Part shown: piece after piece, positions 21,456 through 34,916 of the stretch | Position numbering within the stretch: the stretch's first letter is position 1 | Layout of the letters: each line of letters starts with the position of its first letter | Assembly (NCBI GenBank): GCA_965655095.1 | Contig: OZ296658.1 | Location: 71,548,001-71,612,000, forward strand | Reading direction: 5' to 3' | DNA length: 64,000 nt | Source of the DNA: Haplodiscus bocki | Lineage: Eukaryota | Program-made: the position numbers and the translations under genes | Notes under the pieces: generated by a model | Database searches by the model: none | Seen by the model: only the letters and a program-made list of their open reading frames with translations | What the model was told of the DNA's origin: nothing

Positions 21456-21749
21456 GGAAAAGTTGAACTCTTTACTAACCGAAGTCATCACAGACCCAGA
21501 AAAAGTGTCCATTCGCACAGAACCCAGTTCGGGCAGACCAATCTTCTCTATGGGTCAGTTCTTTGTGGCCGCTGTGAGAGGTCAGCCGAGACGAATCACC
21601 GTGAAACCCGGCCATACTGCCCTCGAGCAGAGTGGCATGCTGAAATTGCAGGACGTGGATTATGGGGGCGAAGCTGTGTTGAGGAGTGATCAAGTTTTTA
21701 TGATTCCCGCTTCTATCGCTGCCGCTTTGTCCACCATCCCTGTTCTCAG
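21456..21749 (+). CDS. Exon B of extended-Tudor gene (Tudor core)
   Basis: Pyrimidine-rich ..tttcaccAG acceptor in phase 2. Encodes GQFFVAAV..RR..LQDVDYGG..SDQVFMIP..IPVL. Donor GTTAAT in phase 2 (weaker). Confidence 0.8.
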
Positions 21750-24700
21750 GTTAATTAGACGAGGGAGCAAACGAAGCGATTACGGACGGATTTCGTTTTT
21801 TTTGCGTTCATCTCCAACTCGCAAAGTATGTGTTTTCGCTGGCAAAGTGTTATTTATTTTTTTTCGCTTTAATTTGATTTTTTTCACGTGCTCTCGGTTC
21901 ATTGTAAATATTTGATCACGTGTCCCGTTCTACTCGAAATGCCACTGAATGAACAGTAAATAAATCGCTAATTAACGCAAAATTCTTAATCTTTTGGAAG
22001 TTAAAAAATTTAGTTGACGTCATCTTTCAAAGTGTTTTTTTACCGAAACGATTAATGCAATTGCATCCATTCACTACTTAAATTTCATCACTTGAAACTT
22101 GGTCGTTCCGCTGACGGCCTGGTAATGTTTATTTTGTATTTTTATTGCAAAATCTGTTTCGTTTTATCATTGGGAATTTCATGAATTTTTTACTTACATC
22201 TTCCGTTGAAAATGCTTTTCAAAACTATCCAAAAATGTTTGGCTGGGTTGTGGCGGGAAAAATTTATCGAACTAAAAATTTTCACAAAAAATGGCGGGAT
22301 AACTTTCCTCTACACCTGCAGGCATGACTTCCAAGCATTTCCAGGTTTCTTCGATTATGGTTGATTCAAATTTTGAAGTTTTATTGTCGATGCAAACCTT
22401 GAAAATTTATCAAAAGCTTGCTTTTTCCGGAAAGCTGCAGCTTCTGGAAAACTATCTTTATTCGAAATTGTCGATAAAGTGACTCCAGGTCGTAAGAAAC
22501 CTTCACTTTTGTCTTGCCACGGTAAAACTAACCGCTGTCTTCTACTTCTAATTTCCTAACTTAAAAGTTAAAGCAGGACAGCTGAGGACTCAACATGGCC
22601 TAATTATGGTTCAGCATTAAGGAAAGAGGACTTTTGAGCTTTTGTTGTACTCTGCCTGTTTTTTTGTTGCGACTTTTTTGAAAGAAATTTCGGAAAAGCA
22701 TTGTTTTTTCTAAACTTCTTTTGCGACTTCTTTACAACATTAATTATTCTCGCCTAATTTATCAACGAACTTTTTAATTGCATGAGAAAGTGAAAAGGAG
22801 CGGATTACAAGCAGCTTGCGGTACCAAAGACAATGTGAGAGCCATTATTTACTTTTTCTTGCGGTGAAACAATGAAAAATGCTACTTTTACTTCTACTTT
22901 TCTAATTTCGAAACGGCTTTGCACGGCAGCTGTATTTTCAACAGAGCCTGAAATTCGAGAAACACTGAAAAAAGTAAGCTCGACCCTCGTAGTTTTTTTG
23001 AGCCTTATGATTATGTTGTTGCATTTTTGTTGGGCAATTTCGCATAAACGCGTGCTTTCTTCTGATCTTTGTCACAGATTTGGGCCGTAAATGACCTCAT
23101 TTTGTTTCTGGACTCATTTGGCATCTTTCCACGGCGAAGGAACACGAAAAAGTTGAGTGTAGGCAGCGTGGGGCATCGTAGATGTTCTAAGAGCACTTAG
23201 TTGCTTTTGAATAGGAAAAACAAGAAGAATTTTTTTCCTTTTGAAAAACGAATTGAAAAATGAATAGCAGGACTAATGTCCTTACTTAAAGGTTGAACTT
23301 TGCTTGAGACTTTTGCGATAAGTGTTTCTGAGCTTTTGTGTAGTTCCTGTTCTCTTAAACTTGTTTTCATTGGGATTTTTCTGAGAAAAATGTTTTTCAG
23401 ATTATCTTCCTCTGGTTCACCGTCTCCACAACCGTATAACTTTTGACCTCATTTTTGATTAGCCCAGATTTTTGTCGTGACAAGACGTTTTGATCGCTCT
23501 GCTGAAACTCTTTTTTTCTTGCGATTAGTTCGCTGCACTGCTTCGCATTTGTGTCACACTTCGAGCAGCTAGTGTCTTGGAGTCGGGATAAGCCACCACT
23601 TTTTGCTTCCGTACTTAACTGCATTTTTTATGCTGTTCTGACTGTGCTGGTTTTGAAGAGTGTTCATGTCGTGCCCTCAATTGTTATCGTTAGTGCCTCG
23701 CGCATGCTCCAGTTCAATTCTCTTCATTTTGATTCATTTTTAGAGGTATTCCCATTTTTTTGCTGGTGTTGACGTTTGTGAAAAATTGATGACCATTATA
23801 CCTGCATTGTTCGTTAAAGTTGTTTTTCCTAATTGCTAGTGAGGTAGAATTGCGTCCTTCTTCGGCATGGGTAACAGTGTTGTGTCCGGCGTTTTTGTTG
23901 AGCAGCAGTGATAGCCGTTTTCAAATCTTCTGCGAAATATTTCAACTTTTGATTGAAAAATTAAACGTTTTCACTTGCATTGTTGGTTAGAAGTGTTTTT
24001 CCGAAAGACTAGTTATCGAATTGGGTCAATCCAGTCCTGATTCAGGTACCTAAAGAGTAGAGTATTTGCGGAGTATCTCAGGGAGGCTTTAATTTTGTTT
24101 TGCAAAATTTTGGAGATATAATTGGGAGTTTTTTTTTCAATGATTACCTGTCGTATCGGGCCTTTCCATCGCTGATATAACTAATGGTGGCCTATAGTTT
24201 CTGTAGAGTATCTGAGAACGACTTTTCTTAGACTTTTTTTCAGGAAAAACCTTAATCCGTCGTTGACATAATTGAAGCTCGTTTTGCTTTGGCTGAGAAA
24301 TGTTTGTCAATGGTAGTGGTCCCACTGATTCCAGCGAGTGAAGCGCTTTTTCAACTACCTCGGGCCTAGTTTTTGCGGATTAATTTGAAGGGCCCATTCC
24401 AATTTTCGTTTGGGAAGTATCTTGACGTGTAATTGAAAAATCGAAAATGTTCTCTCTTTCGGTTTCGGTTAAATGTTTTTTGATCTTAATGTGTGACAAC
24501 TGCGACTAAAATTGAAGATTGAGTTAGAATCCGAGCTTGTTTCTCTGGGATTTTTGAATACATTTTCGCGGGGATTTTTGTTTTTGCCAGTGTTTGCGAA
24601 GAAGAGCTTCGCCTTCGTGTGAATTATAAGCTTCGAAAGAATTTTGCACATTATCGAATGGAAATGTCTTGTACACATTTTAACATTACCTTGGAAGTTG

Positions 24701-25255
24701 CAATATATCAAGAAAGATTTATAGGACTAATATGGGCAGCTGTCAGGTGGCCAGAATTCAATTAATCTACAAAATGTGCTTTCGTTCGGTAGCAGTCGCA
24801 AGTTGATTATCAATGAATTGTGTAAACACGAACAATATTGCGTATATAAGTATTATCGATGCGTATATATTCACAAGTAAAGATTTGAAAAATCTAAAAT
24901 CACCGAATTTTGGATCTTCTCATTTGACTGACATCCCGTAAAGAGAAGTGAGTTTTTGCGGTTTTGGAATTTCTATTCACCTCAGTGAAAGTCTTGGAAC
25001 TTGTAAAAACGGTATTTTTTTTTGGACTTCATTTGGTCAATAGAATTCCCACCTTTGATACACGCTTTTGGTGATTACAAAAATTCCATGTACATGAATA
25101 GATAATACCTGGTATAGGATGGAGTGGAATTCGACAATTATTCTTTTCTACAATGGTGAATCAGGCATTATTCATGCTCTACCAATCGTCTGAAAAGTAA
25201 TGGGGTTACTAACTGAATTTAAATTATAATATTAATTAAGCTTTCTTTTAACCAG

Positions 25256-25437
25256 GTGCAACGGCTCAATCACGGCTCTCCACCCCAACTCGGCCAACAG
25301 GAGATGGACTCCCGAGCAGTGTCAGGTATTTCGACACTTAACTGAGAACTGCACCCTCACAGCCACTGTGGCCAAGGTGTCTATGTCGCCACAAATGTCA
25401 GTGCCTTATTACAACTTCGAACTCTACTCCTCAGACA
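25256..25437 (+). CDS. Exon C of extended-Tudor gene
   Basis: ctttcttttaaccAG acceptor in phase 2. Encodes (R)CNGSITALHP..WTPEQCQVFRHLTENCTLTATV..FELY (SN-like part of eTudor). The donor GTGATG is tentative. Confidence 0.75.
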
Positions 25438-26310
25438 GTGATGACCATTCTTATTTCTTTCATTTCCAACAAAATAATCATCTTTCGAATAAAATTTTAT
25501 CCAAATTTAAAATAGTTTATGGTAGCAGTTGTGATGGCATACAGAATTATTGGTATATTTATAAAATGGTGAGACTTGTCCTGAAGTTGTACTGCTCGTA
25601 AACGCGGTGACCTTTGATTTTTTGAAAGTTTGTTGTCAGTTGGCTCTTTTAAATTAAGTAGAAGTTTAAATTTCAATGGCTAGTTTCTATCATGTTTTTG
25701 ACTAAAATTAGGAGTCAATTCCGTGTACTCTCAAAAAAAGTGTGGTCCTGAAAAAAGGCCTACCAGTGAAGCCAATGCAGAAAGAACTTTGAAAACACCA
25801 CGGTTTTGGGGATTGCGGAGTTCTTCTGCGCCAACCAACCAAAATAAGTTAAAACCCCCTAAAATAGCAAATATATTCTTTCAAAAAATCCAAAATAGCA
25901 AAGGCTCACCCCTTTATGTTTATTGAGCATTACGGACGGCGTCGACTTGTTCATTATTGGAGAAAGTTGACATAAGCAAAGGGGAAGTTTCACAATCTGT
26001 TAATCGCCGAACTACCCTGTTCTCTTCTTTGTCGCAGTTCATGTTCAAATGGCATAACATAAATTTTATCCAAATTTCCTCTACTTTTGTGAACTATATC
26101 TTTCATGATTTTTCCGTCTGGTACTTTTGTGAAATTATCAGTGTTTCATTATATGAATTATATATTTTTCTCTTTCATTTTCTCCGAGGCATCTTTAACA
26201 CCCCTGGTGCCCGTCTTTGGAAAAATAGTTATGTTTTTTCTTCGTGCTATTGGTAAGTTAAGTTGCATAAAAAGTATTGAAATGGTCATCACTGTCTTCC
26301 CTCTCTACAG

Positions 26311-26510
26311 CAGAAGGTGTGGGAAAGAATGTTGCTATTTCTGACGTCATGCGAGCCTTCGAGTATGCCACCTCCGCGACCACTTCTTGTGGCGGAAATC
26401 CGCAGCCTATGACGTCATCTGTTTCAGCAGTCGCTGCAAATGCCCAGAACAATAGCCACAATTCCACGTCTCCCTATCACAACGCATTAACTAATCAAAC
26501 TACTAATTAA
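26311..26510 (+). CDS. Terminal coding exon D of extended-Tudor gene
   Basis: cttccctctctacAG(cAG) acceptor in phase 1. Encodes KNVAISDVMRAFEYA then a low-complexity tail. Stop TAA at 26508-26510. Confidence 0.65.
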
Positions 26511-28249
26511 ATAACTAGTTAATTAGTTAATAACAACAACAATCACCAAAAACCGAGATTTTTTCTGGATGGTATTCGCTTTTACGGCAATCGATCATCA
26601 AATTTGGCACAGGAATTGTTGGAAGATGGAAGATACCCGCAAACTGCAAATTACAAATCTCTCGCTTTTGTCAACGGCTTCGAAGTCGAGGCCACGGAAT
26701 CTACCCGATGAGTCAGAACAGCTACCTGTTGGATTTCTCAAAAGCAACTGCAACCAGAATAATCCGAACATTATACTCGTGAAGTCTATAATGATATTTT
26801 TGGCCTATTCGGGCAATGAGATCCTGGTTGATTGGAAATGATATCTTATCAGTGAAAACTGGAAATCGCAAGTCAATTGAATGAAAAGAATTCGCGTGTA
26901 CTCTCAAACCTTGACAGGTATTTTTGGTGGCCCCAAAGAATGATAAGCCGCTAATTGATTCATCTTGATGTATCTGTAGAATCAAGAAATGAATGTTCTA
27001 TGGACCAATGTGTGTAATTTATATGTAAAATATGATCTAACTATTTAGAAATCCTCTGAATTTGATGTCGTGAGGGTCTCAAGATTGGGAATATTGGAAG
27101 ATAATATTGAGATGTGGATACTTGAAATTTGGCTGCTCGAATAGAGCGCACCGAAATAACCCGTTTTTGCTTTTTACATATTCGGACTGAAGGAAAGAAT
27201 GTGTATTGGAAACCAGCTTATGCTTAGTTTTTAGGACTTCGGAAAATTTTTCTGCATGTAACTTTTTTGGGGCACCTAGTATTGCACATTTTTGCGTTGT
27301 TTACTGAGCAGATCTTGAAATATTGTGTGAAATGGCCAATCTAAAAGGACATGAGTGACAGATCAACCTTTCGAAATGAAGACACTGTGACAGGTACTTG
27401 TTTGAGTTCGACTTCTCCGAACTACTTTTCCCTGGGCATCTGTTTTAATATTTCTAAAAAGTTTAAGTCATGCGTCCGATCAAGTTTCAAATTTCTCTCT
27501 GGACATTTGATGTGTGAACTTTTTGATGAATCAGAATGTGCTGCGAAGTTCAGCTTCGCCTCTGTGTGAATATATTGCATGCAATCCACGGCATTATTTG
27601 AACCTCCAGCTATTTCCTCATCGAAGCCGATTATATTCGCGCTAGCACTGAAGCGCCTTTCCAAAAATTTGCATTGTTTCCAAGAGGCACAAGTAAGTGA
27701 AATCAATGATTTGTTTTTACCTAGCTGTTAGAGTTGACATGGCGTAATCTTGATTGTCTGTTCCAAGAGTTTCTACCGTGAGCCAGGCACTAAGACGCTC
27801 GTTGCACTTCTTAACGCACTTTGCAAGATTTTTCTTTAAATTAATAAAAACTCCGCTTTTGCCTACACTGGGGAGTTTAGCTCCGCATCTGTGTTACACG
27901 TGCCCAGGAAAGTCATGGGGTTATAGCAGACTTTTCTCCGATCCGTTTAAAAATTGCAGGTACATTGAGCCTGGCCTACCGCGCAGCAGTGGAACGCTCA
28001 CAATTGATTTCTCTCCCTTCGGTAGTGAGTATTTTTTGCCGCTTGTTTTGTTGCACATAGTGATTGGGATGAAAAATGTGTTTTGAAATCAGTCTTTTTC
28101 TATTCTGTTCAAAACTTGCTTTTTGTGACGTCTGAGAGAGTATAGTCATCTGATGTAAACGGTTAGAAAAATTTGGATGGTACCCGTTTAATTTCTGTGT
28201 GAGCTTCGTTAATGCCCCAAGTAATTTTTCTGCAATTAATCAACTCACC

Positions 28250-29100
28250 TCTTTAAATGCCTCTCTCGACCCCTCGTCACTTGGACATAGCTCAAAGAAA
28301 CTCAATTATCGTTTAGTCACTGTAATTTATTAGTCTTCTACGGTTGCCGCTTCATTTGGGTCCAGTATTTTTCTTTCGATGAAATTGGCATTGCGTTTGT
28401 GAAGATTCCTTAATTCCTTTTGTTTCTTTCCTTCACTGCATTTTTGAGCATAAATTGCTCAGCTGCTTGAACTGCTGCAATTCTGTCTGTTTCAGTTTGC
28501 CCGCTTGGTGCCTTAGCTGGTGGAATTTGCAAATAGTGGATCAGGGTAAGCTAGTGTTGTTTTGACTGGTACTTTAGCCTGAAGTGTTTTGATTTATCAG
28601 CTCTGTCAAAGTCCAGATTTTGAACCTGAAGCTCATGTAATTCCCTGAGATTAGGGTAACAGAAATTTTTTATTGATAGATGAGTCGAGTTTGTCTCGTT
28701 GCTTGTGGTAAAGTAATGATCAAAGTAAGTTGTAGTGCTTGATCAATTAAATGTATTTCTTGGAATAGTTGGTTTGCTACTGCAATATTTCTAACATTGA
28801 TCAAACTTCGGATGAGTTTTCAAAATCTGGCCTGTTGAGGGTGATGTGGTGGTTGAGAGTTTGCAGCAGCAATTTCGGTTCGATTGATATCCTCAATTTT
28901 TTCCTACCCTCATTTTAAAAGCTGAAGTCTTCTTTCTTGTTTTTCTTCTGGCCTCTGTTATCTCGTGTTTCAGTTTCCTCCAGAACTGGGCGTGAAGAAT
29001 GGATTTTTGCCAAAAAATTTTCATTTTAGATGTTTCATAGTCAAATTTACAGAACTCCATAGTCTGGAGTGTCTAAAATAATGTCTTCATTTTTCGAATA
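28250..29100 (-). pseudogene. Highly decayed LINE fragment (ORF1 end / APE start)
   Basis: NVRNI and ET.LDSSINKKFLLP resemble APE N-terminal motifs; many stops and frameshifts. Confidence 0.35.
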
Positions 29101-29156
29101 TCTCCATTTTTACATTATGCCGAAATGGATGCCTAAATCCAATATTTGAAGCCAAT

Positions 29157-30948
29157 AGTAGTAGAAGAGTGAGCAGGGCGGGAGAGGTGGCGTTCCCCTA
29201 TGTATTTATGTACTAGGATGAGCTATAGCGAGCCGAGAAGGGGCTTCCAGCACAGCCGAGAGCTCTCGGGTGTTTTTGGGTAACGTAAGGCTCGATTCTG
29301 ATTAGCTGACGAAGTTAAAGGGTTTTTCATGCTCGATTCTGATTGGCTGCCGACAACTTTTCGGTTTTGGGCGAAACCCGAGTGTGCTTGGTAATGTTTT
29401 AAGGTATTTAATCGGTAGTGTATTAGTATAAGCCAAAGGGTTTTGCAATGTATAACGATAGGGAGTGGGTTTATTTTCGGCGCTGGGACTTTTTCGAGAA
29501 TTTTTAAGTTTTTTCCAGAGCCCCCGCGTATAATTCTTACGGGCGAGGACTAATTATGACGCCTGCGGATAGCGTTGTGACTCAATGCTATGTAAAGATA
29601 TTGTATTGGAGTTCAAAAAAAGTTTATTAGATAATAAAATTGCGTACGAACACCAGACATAGAAATTGAATTTTTTTTTCAACTTGAGAGGTTGAGTATG
29701 GAATCCATCGCTATCTACAATTATTTTTGGATGGAATTGGGAAAGTCCTTTCTTTAGTTGTTCATACGTAGCAACAGTGTGATTGTTTGTCCGGAAACCT
29801 CTGTTTGTTGACCTAATATTAACTTTTTCATCCAGAACGCGGCGGTACTTGTCCAAGGGGCTATTGCCGTTCTGTTCCAGCGCACGTTTTTTGAGGCGTT
29901 TGCTACTGAATATAAGCTTGTTCGAGACAACATCATAACAGCAGTACATCTTGCTGCAGAGACATAACGTCTCTGTACATCTGAACTCTTGTTTGGAAAG
30001 TCTTGGTTCTCTTTCGTCGTGTTTTTTGTGCTTGTCACAGCACCTTCGGGGGAAGAAATTTGCGACAGCATCAGCAGTGAAACTGTCGCTGCAATCTTCT
30101 GACCGCATTTGTTTCCACTCTGTTTTCATTTCAGGCCGGGTGCAATCTTCCAGTTTTTTCTCGGCAATAGCAAGATACAGCCAATCTGTGTCCATTTCCA
30201 ACTCTTGGAATTTGTTTGCGTCTCATAATCCGGTGAAAAAATTGTGTTACAGTTGCAGCTTTCGTAGTTTTAGACATTGAAGAATGAAGAATCCGGCAAT
30301 GATTTGCTCCTTTTGTTCAATCTGTGCTTTGGCCAGTTCAACTTCATACAATGAATTGTTCACTTAATCTAGTTTTCTGAACAGTTTACTATTAATAGCT
30401 GCATGTGTTTTTTCGTCCTGGAGGTACTTGTTTACAGTGTGTCGGCTGCAGTCCATATTCTAGTAGCCATAGGAGCTATTGGCCAGGAGCTTCATCGTCT
30501 CTGCGACTACACTGGAGTTTGGATTTTCCTCACCTTTTCTCCTTGCGTCTACTGCTGACTGTACAAAGCTCTTGAAACTTTTCTTTGGAGTGTACTCAAC
30601 AAAACGGTGTGTTTTTGTAACAAGTCCCAGTTGCAGATAGAACAAGAGCAGAGGAGGAAGGTTTACACTAATACACTACGGAATACCTACCTTAAAATAT
30701 TACCAAACACACTCGGATTTCGCCCAAAAACGAAAAGTTGTCGGCAGCCAATCAGAATCGAACACGAAAAACACTTTAACTTAGTCAGTTAATCAGAATC
30801 GAGCAACACATAACCCAAAAACACCCGAGAGCTCGCGGCTATGGTGGAAGCTCCTTCTCGGCTCAAGTCGGCTCGCCATAGCTTATCTTAAAACATAGGG
30901 TGCCTCCACCCCCCCCCCCTGACCAGCTCTGCTCACTCTGCTACTACC
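29157..30948 (-). mobile_element. Non-autonomous, internally deleted Maverick/Polinton
   Basis: Imperfect ~280-bp terminal inverted repeats (29157-29433 / 30660-30948) starting AGTAGTAG. CCAAT(A) occurs on both flanks. Internal pPolB remnant. Confidence 0.88.
29680..30650 (-). pseudogene. C-terminal remnant of protein-primed family B DNA polymerase
   Basis: Motif B KLLANSSYG, motif C EMDTD(W), and EPRLSKQEF..LCSKMY; interrupted by stops and frameshifts. Confidence 0.88.
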
Positions 30949-33399
30949 AATATGGTTTTCACTATAATTCACTCATGCGGGGTCGATTTTAATCTTTTAA
31001 ATATGTTCCGGATATTGCACGCGTCCTGGAACGTCTTCTTTCGAATCTCTATATTCCAATTTTGGGAATTCGTGGGCGCCTGCGGAATCATTCTTTTGTT
31101 GTAAAATGCGAAAATTTCCTTTGCATTTGGTTGCCGAAATAAGTGACTGGAAAAGAACTGATTGACAGATCAGTTTTTAAAGTTCGAGACACTTTGTCAG
31201 TTACTTGACTCCGTTAGAGTTGGAATTACCTTTTGATAGACATCTGGTATGACATTTCCAAAAGAATCAATCATGTGTCCGGTCTTGTTTCAAATGTCTT
31301 TCAGGGCATTTTATGTGTTATATTATCTGTGATATCGACTGGCAAGTCAGATGGTGTTCCGAAGTTCCGCTTCGCCTTTGTGTGTGAATATATATTAGAT
31401 TTCACTGGTTGAATTCAGTATTTTTTTTGTCGTATTAGTTCACAAAAGGCGATTCCGAACTTCAGTAGTCTGCTTTTTTTCTCAACCGCGTTAGTCTATA
31501 CCAATTCAACGGAATATCTTGGCTCTTCAATTTCCGCCGTTTTCATTTTTGTTTGGAGAGTATAAAGTCAAATTTCCCACCATTTTCACTAACGTGTGGA
31601 GAGTAACATGTTGAACCATCTATCCAGTTGCTGAAATGTTGAATTTATGTGGGATAGTAATAAACTGTTTCGGACACCAGTCAAGTATCTTTTGCTTGCT
31701 GTCCGAAAATGTTCTTGATCTCAATAAAAAATTATGGAAAAGTTCCTCTCTCCGCATAGAAATCAGTTTGTTGAAAATCTAGTTTTTCGTCTAAAATTGT
31801 ATATACTGAGCTAAGAGCGAGCCTCTGCACCCTAAGGGGCCTTGTTTCGTCTTGAAATTTTCAGCATATTCATTTTTGGCCCACCTTCTACAGAAAATCT
31901 TTTAGCGGTGCTGCACTTCTTGTGATGCATTCCCTTTCAAAGTCATCAATACATGTTCAGTTTGTTCTCTCGTGTATAATGTTGTGTTATCGGAAGGAGT
32001 GCGACGCAAAGTTTTGTTCACAGGGCTTTTCAGTTTTCTTGCTGAATGCTTTCGTTCAACCGTTTTTTAGTTATAGAAGTTAAATAATCTTGCATTCAGA
32101 AAATCATTGTAGGCATTAAAGCAGCATAAACTTAGAATTTCAGCTGCATTTTGGTAATCAGGACGAATGCTCCTTTAAAGAGAAAACATAGGGGCTACGA
32201 AACTCAGCTCTTAATTTCGAGGCACACGCACATGTTCATTGGCACTCTCTTCTTAGTTAGTCACTTTTCCTCCCGTTGAAAAATTAATATAGCGTAGGTT
32301 GGGAAGGAAACTAGATTGCAACAAAATGTTAGTTGCTAAAACTTTCTGCATGAGAATTTCCCGGAGCAAGAATTGCAAGTAAACAGCGGTTTATCGCTTT
32401 TTAGGGTTTTTGCACTTGCTTTAAAGCCTACTGTACCTTTGATGGTTCACGCAAAGCTATGAGGTACTTTTGATGGAAGACATGTCGGGAATTTTTTTTT
32501 GTCCGTAGGAAAAAAGGAGCTAGGAGAAACTTATTGACCAGTTCAGAAACACGGGAAGATTCACCAAAATGGCCAATTTAACAATTCCTAACCGAATTTT
32601 GAAAATTCCTAACCAGTTGAGTTGAATGTGAAGGTTGGAACGTATTTTGAAGCTTCTACTTTGAAAGTTTCAAAAAAACGATTTTTTTCCGCCGAAAACA
32701 AGCATTTTCGAAGTTTCCTACCATCTATTCGTTGCACAAAGTACGCTTCCATTGAAGTCAAGACAGCATCAGCGCATTTGGGGCCACAGAGTGCAGATAT
32801 AATAGTACAGGAAGTACTTTTATTCTTTCAAATTACCATATTCCGGTATCATAAAAACCAAACTTCTTACGCCGGAGAAACCATATTGGCAAAAAATGTT
32901 CGGAAAATTTTATCGCATCTTCCTATGGTCCATAAAACAAAGTAGGAAACCATCAGACCTCCTTCATGAGTTGTACGGGATCCTGAGGTACTACAGTTGA
33001 GGAAATACCATTTAGCTGGAGAAAGTTACAGACGTTTTTTTTTGTTGCCCAAGAAAAAACCATGATGGCAAAAAATTTTTGGCTGCTTTTTTCGGCGAAA
33101 AATATTCTGGAGTTGATTCAGAAAAAAATCAGTCGGCTAGTTGCCATAGGTTTTTAGCTGTTTGCCATTTTTGAAACTTTCTGGATGGTGTCACAAAGTC
33201 TGCTGAAAAGTAAAGAGAGCGTCGACGTTTCACTCAAAGTTCTGAAAAAGACAACGCAAGTTTGGAAAAACTGGAGCAATAGAGACTTCGATGCCTTTGT
33301 CCAAAAAAAAACAGTGGTATTTTGCGCTCACTGGGTTCGCCATGTATTCTAGTTGAATTTTAGATAACTTGGATTCGTTTCGCCGAGACCTTTGCCGAG

Positions 33400-34300
33400 A
33401 AAATTTAAAGAGCATTTGGTTTGGTCGGAATGTTATCGGCAAAATTGTTGGTTTAACATTTCTGTTTTTCACTTGGACAGAACTATATTTACAAATTGAA
33501 TTTCATGAACATTTTTTAAAACGATATTCATAGGAGTCGGCTAATTTTGTTTCGGTAAGTATCAAAGCGTCGTTAACTTTCATTTTAATCGCGGTCGCTG
33601 CTGAATCAAGCGATTGTTATTGATCATTCAGTTTTTTGGAAAAAATACTTCAATCGTGGCCTGGAATTATTGACTGAAGAGTGCTGCCTTGGAGTGATTT
33701 GTTAGACTTTTAACTGTATAAATAATTTACTTGTTCAGAGTTTTCTAAGAGGTACTTTATCCGATGTGTTCTTATTATGTGTGCCGGGAAAAATCTGAAC
33801 GCATTTATTTCGTACACCCTATATAGAATCGTGTGTTTCGATATTACTGGTTGATAGTGAATGACGTTTTTGTGGCGGACTTCTGCAAATGCAAATGGGG
33901 CAATACTGACGTCACACTAGTCTGTCTGATGATACTAAATATATTAACCTGTAACACCGTTACATACCTTTTCAAGTCAATAATTTCCAGTTTAATATGT
34001 ATCAAATACCGTTCAGAACGGAAATTCGATGTGTTGATGCGCATCGTGTCGTTGGCTTCAATATTTTCTCAGGTGTTCTGCTGACATGTGATTATTTCCA
34101 TTGTCAAGTTCTGGTTTGATCGAATATTTGAGGCCGGCAGCATAACAGCAGTTGTGTGTATGTATATATTTGTACTTGGCACTAAGATCTTCCCTTTTCT
34201 TTTGGATTTCCAAAATTAATGAATGTTCTTAAGTATTGTTGTTAATAATAAGGAACGCAGTTAATAATAAGAATTTTTGTTGAACGAATCTTGCTGTTTT
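33400..34300 (+). pseudogene. Highly decayed LINE RT fragment
   Basis: DHSV.., LIVND and (S)DDTK motif remnants in RT order. Confidence 0.35.
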
Positions 34301-34916
34301 TAGTGGCGGTGATTTTAATTTGAAGTGAATAATATCAAAAGTGGCCTCTGTGAATGTTCTTTGCATCAGCAAAATTTAAGCTTGGTGACCGTTCTTCCGA
34401 TGCACACAGAACTATATTTTAGATGTTGCCGATAGTAGCGAAACTCTTTCAGTTCTACAAAAATACGTTGAACCATTTGGGATTGTACTTTTTGAAATAA
34501 ACAAAATGCTTTTAGCATGTTTTTTTTCAGAAATTTAGTCTCTGTTCCTTCTCCGCTTAGATTAAAATCCAACAGTAGAAGTGTCGAGTTCGACTTAACG
34601 CTAAACGTTAATTGCAGTGTGCAATTAATTATTACTAAGCTTTCCATTCGTCAAGATAAATTTTGGAAGATTATTATGAAAGCTGACGAAATAATCAAAG
34701 GTTGAGGTTGCCCAAATTTAATTTACAAAAATTCAAACAGACGGGGCGGGGCGTAGCAAATAGAAAAGCTTCGTTGCTCTTCGTCTTGGGCATGTCATTA
34801 AAATTTTGAAGTTTCAAAATGTGCAATTCTAACTTTGTTACCGCTCTCCAACAACCGTTCGTTCAAATGGTAGGTAACTATTAATACTTTTATGTCATTT
34901 TCTAAATTTAGCTTTG

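Noticed and set aside
26569-27000. Additional Tudor-gene exon
   Set aside because: It lies after the stop codon and looks more like a decayed LINE 3' fragment, but is too degenerate to call.
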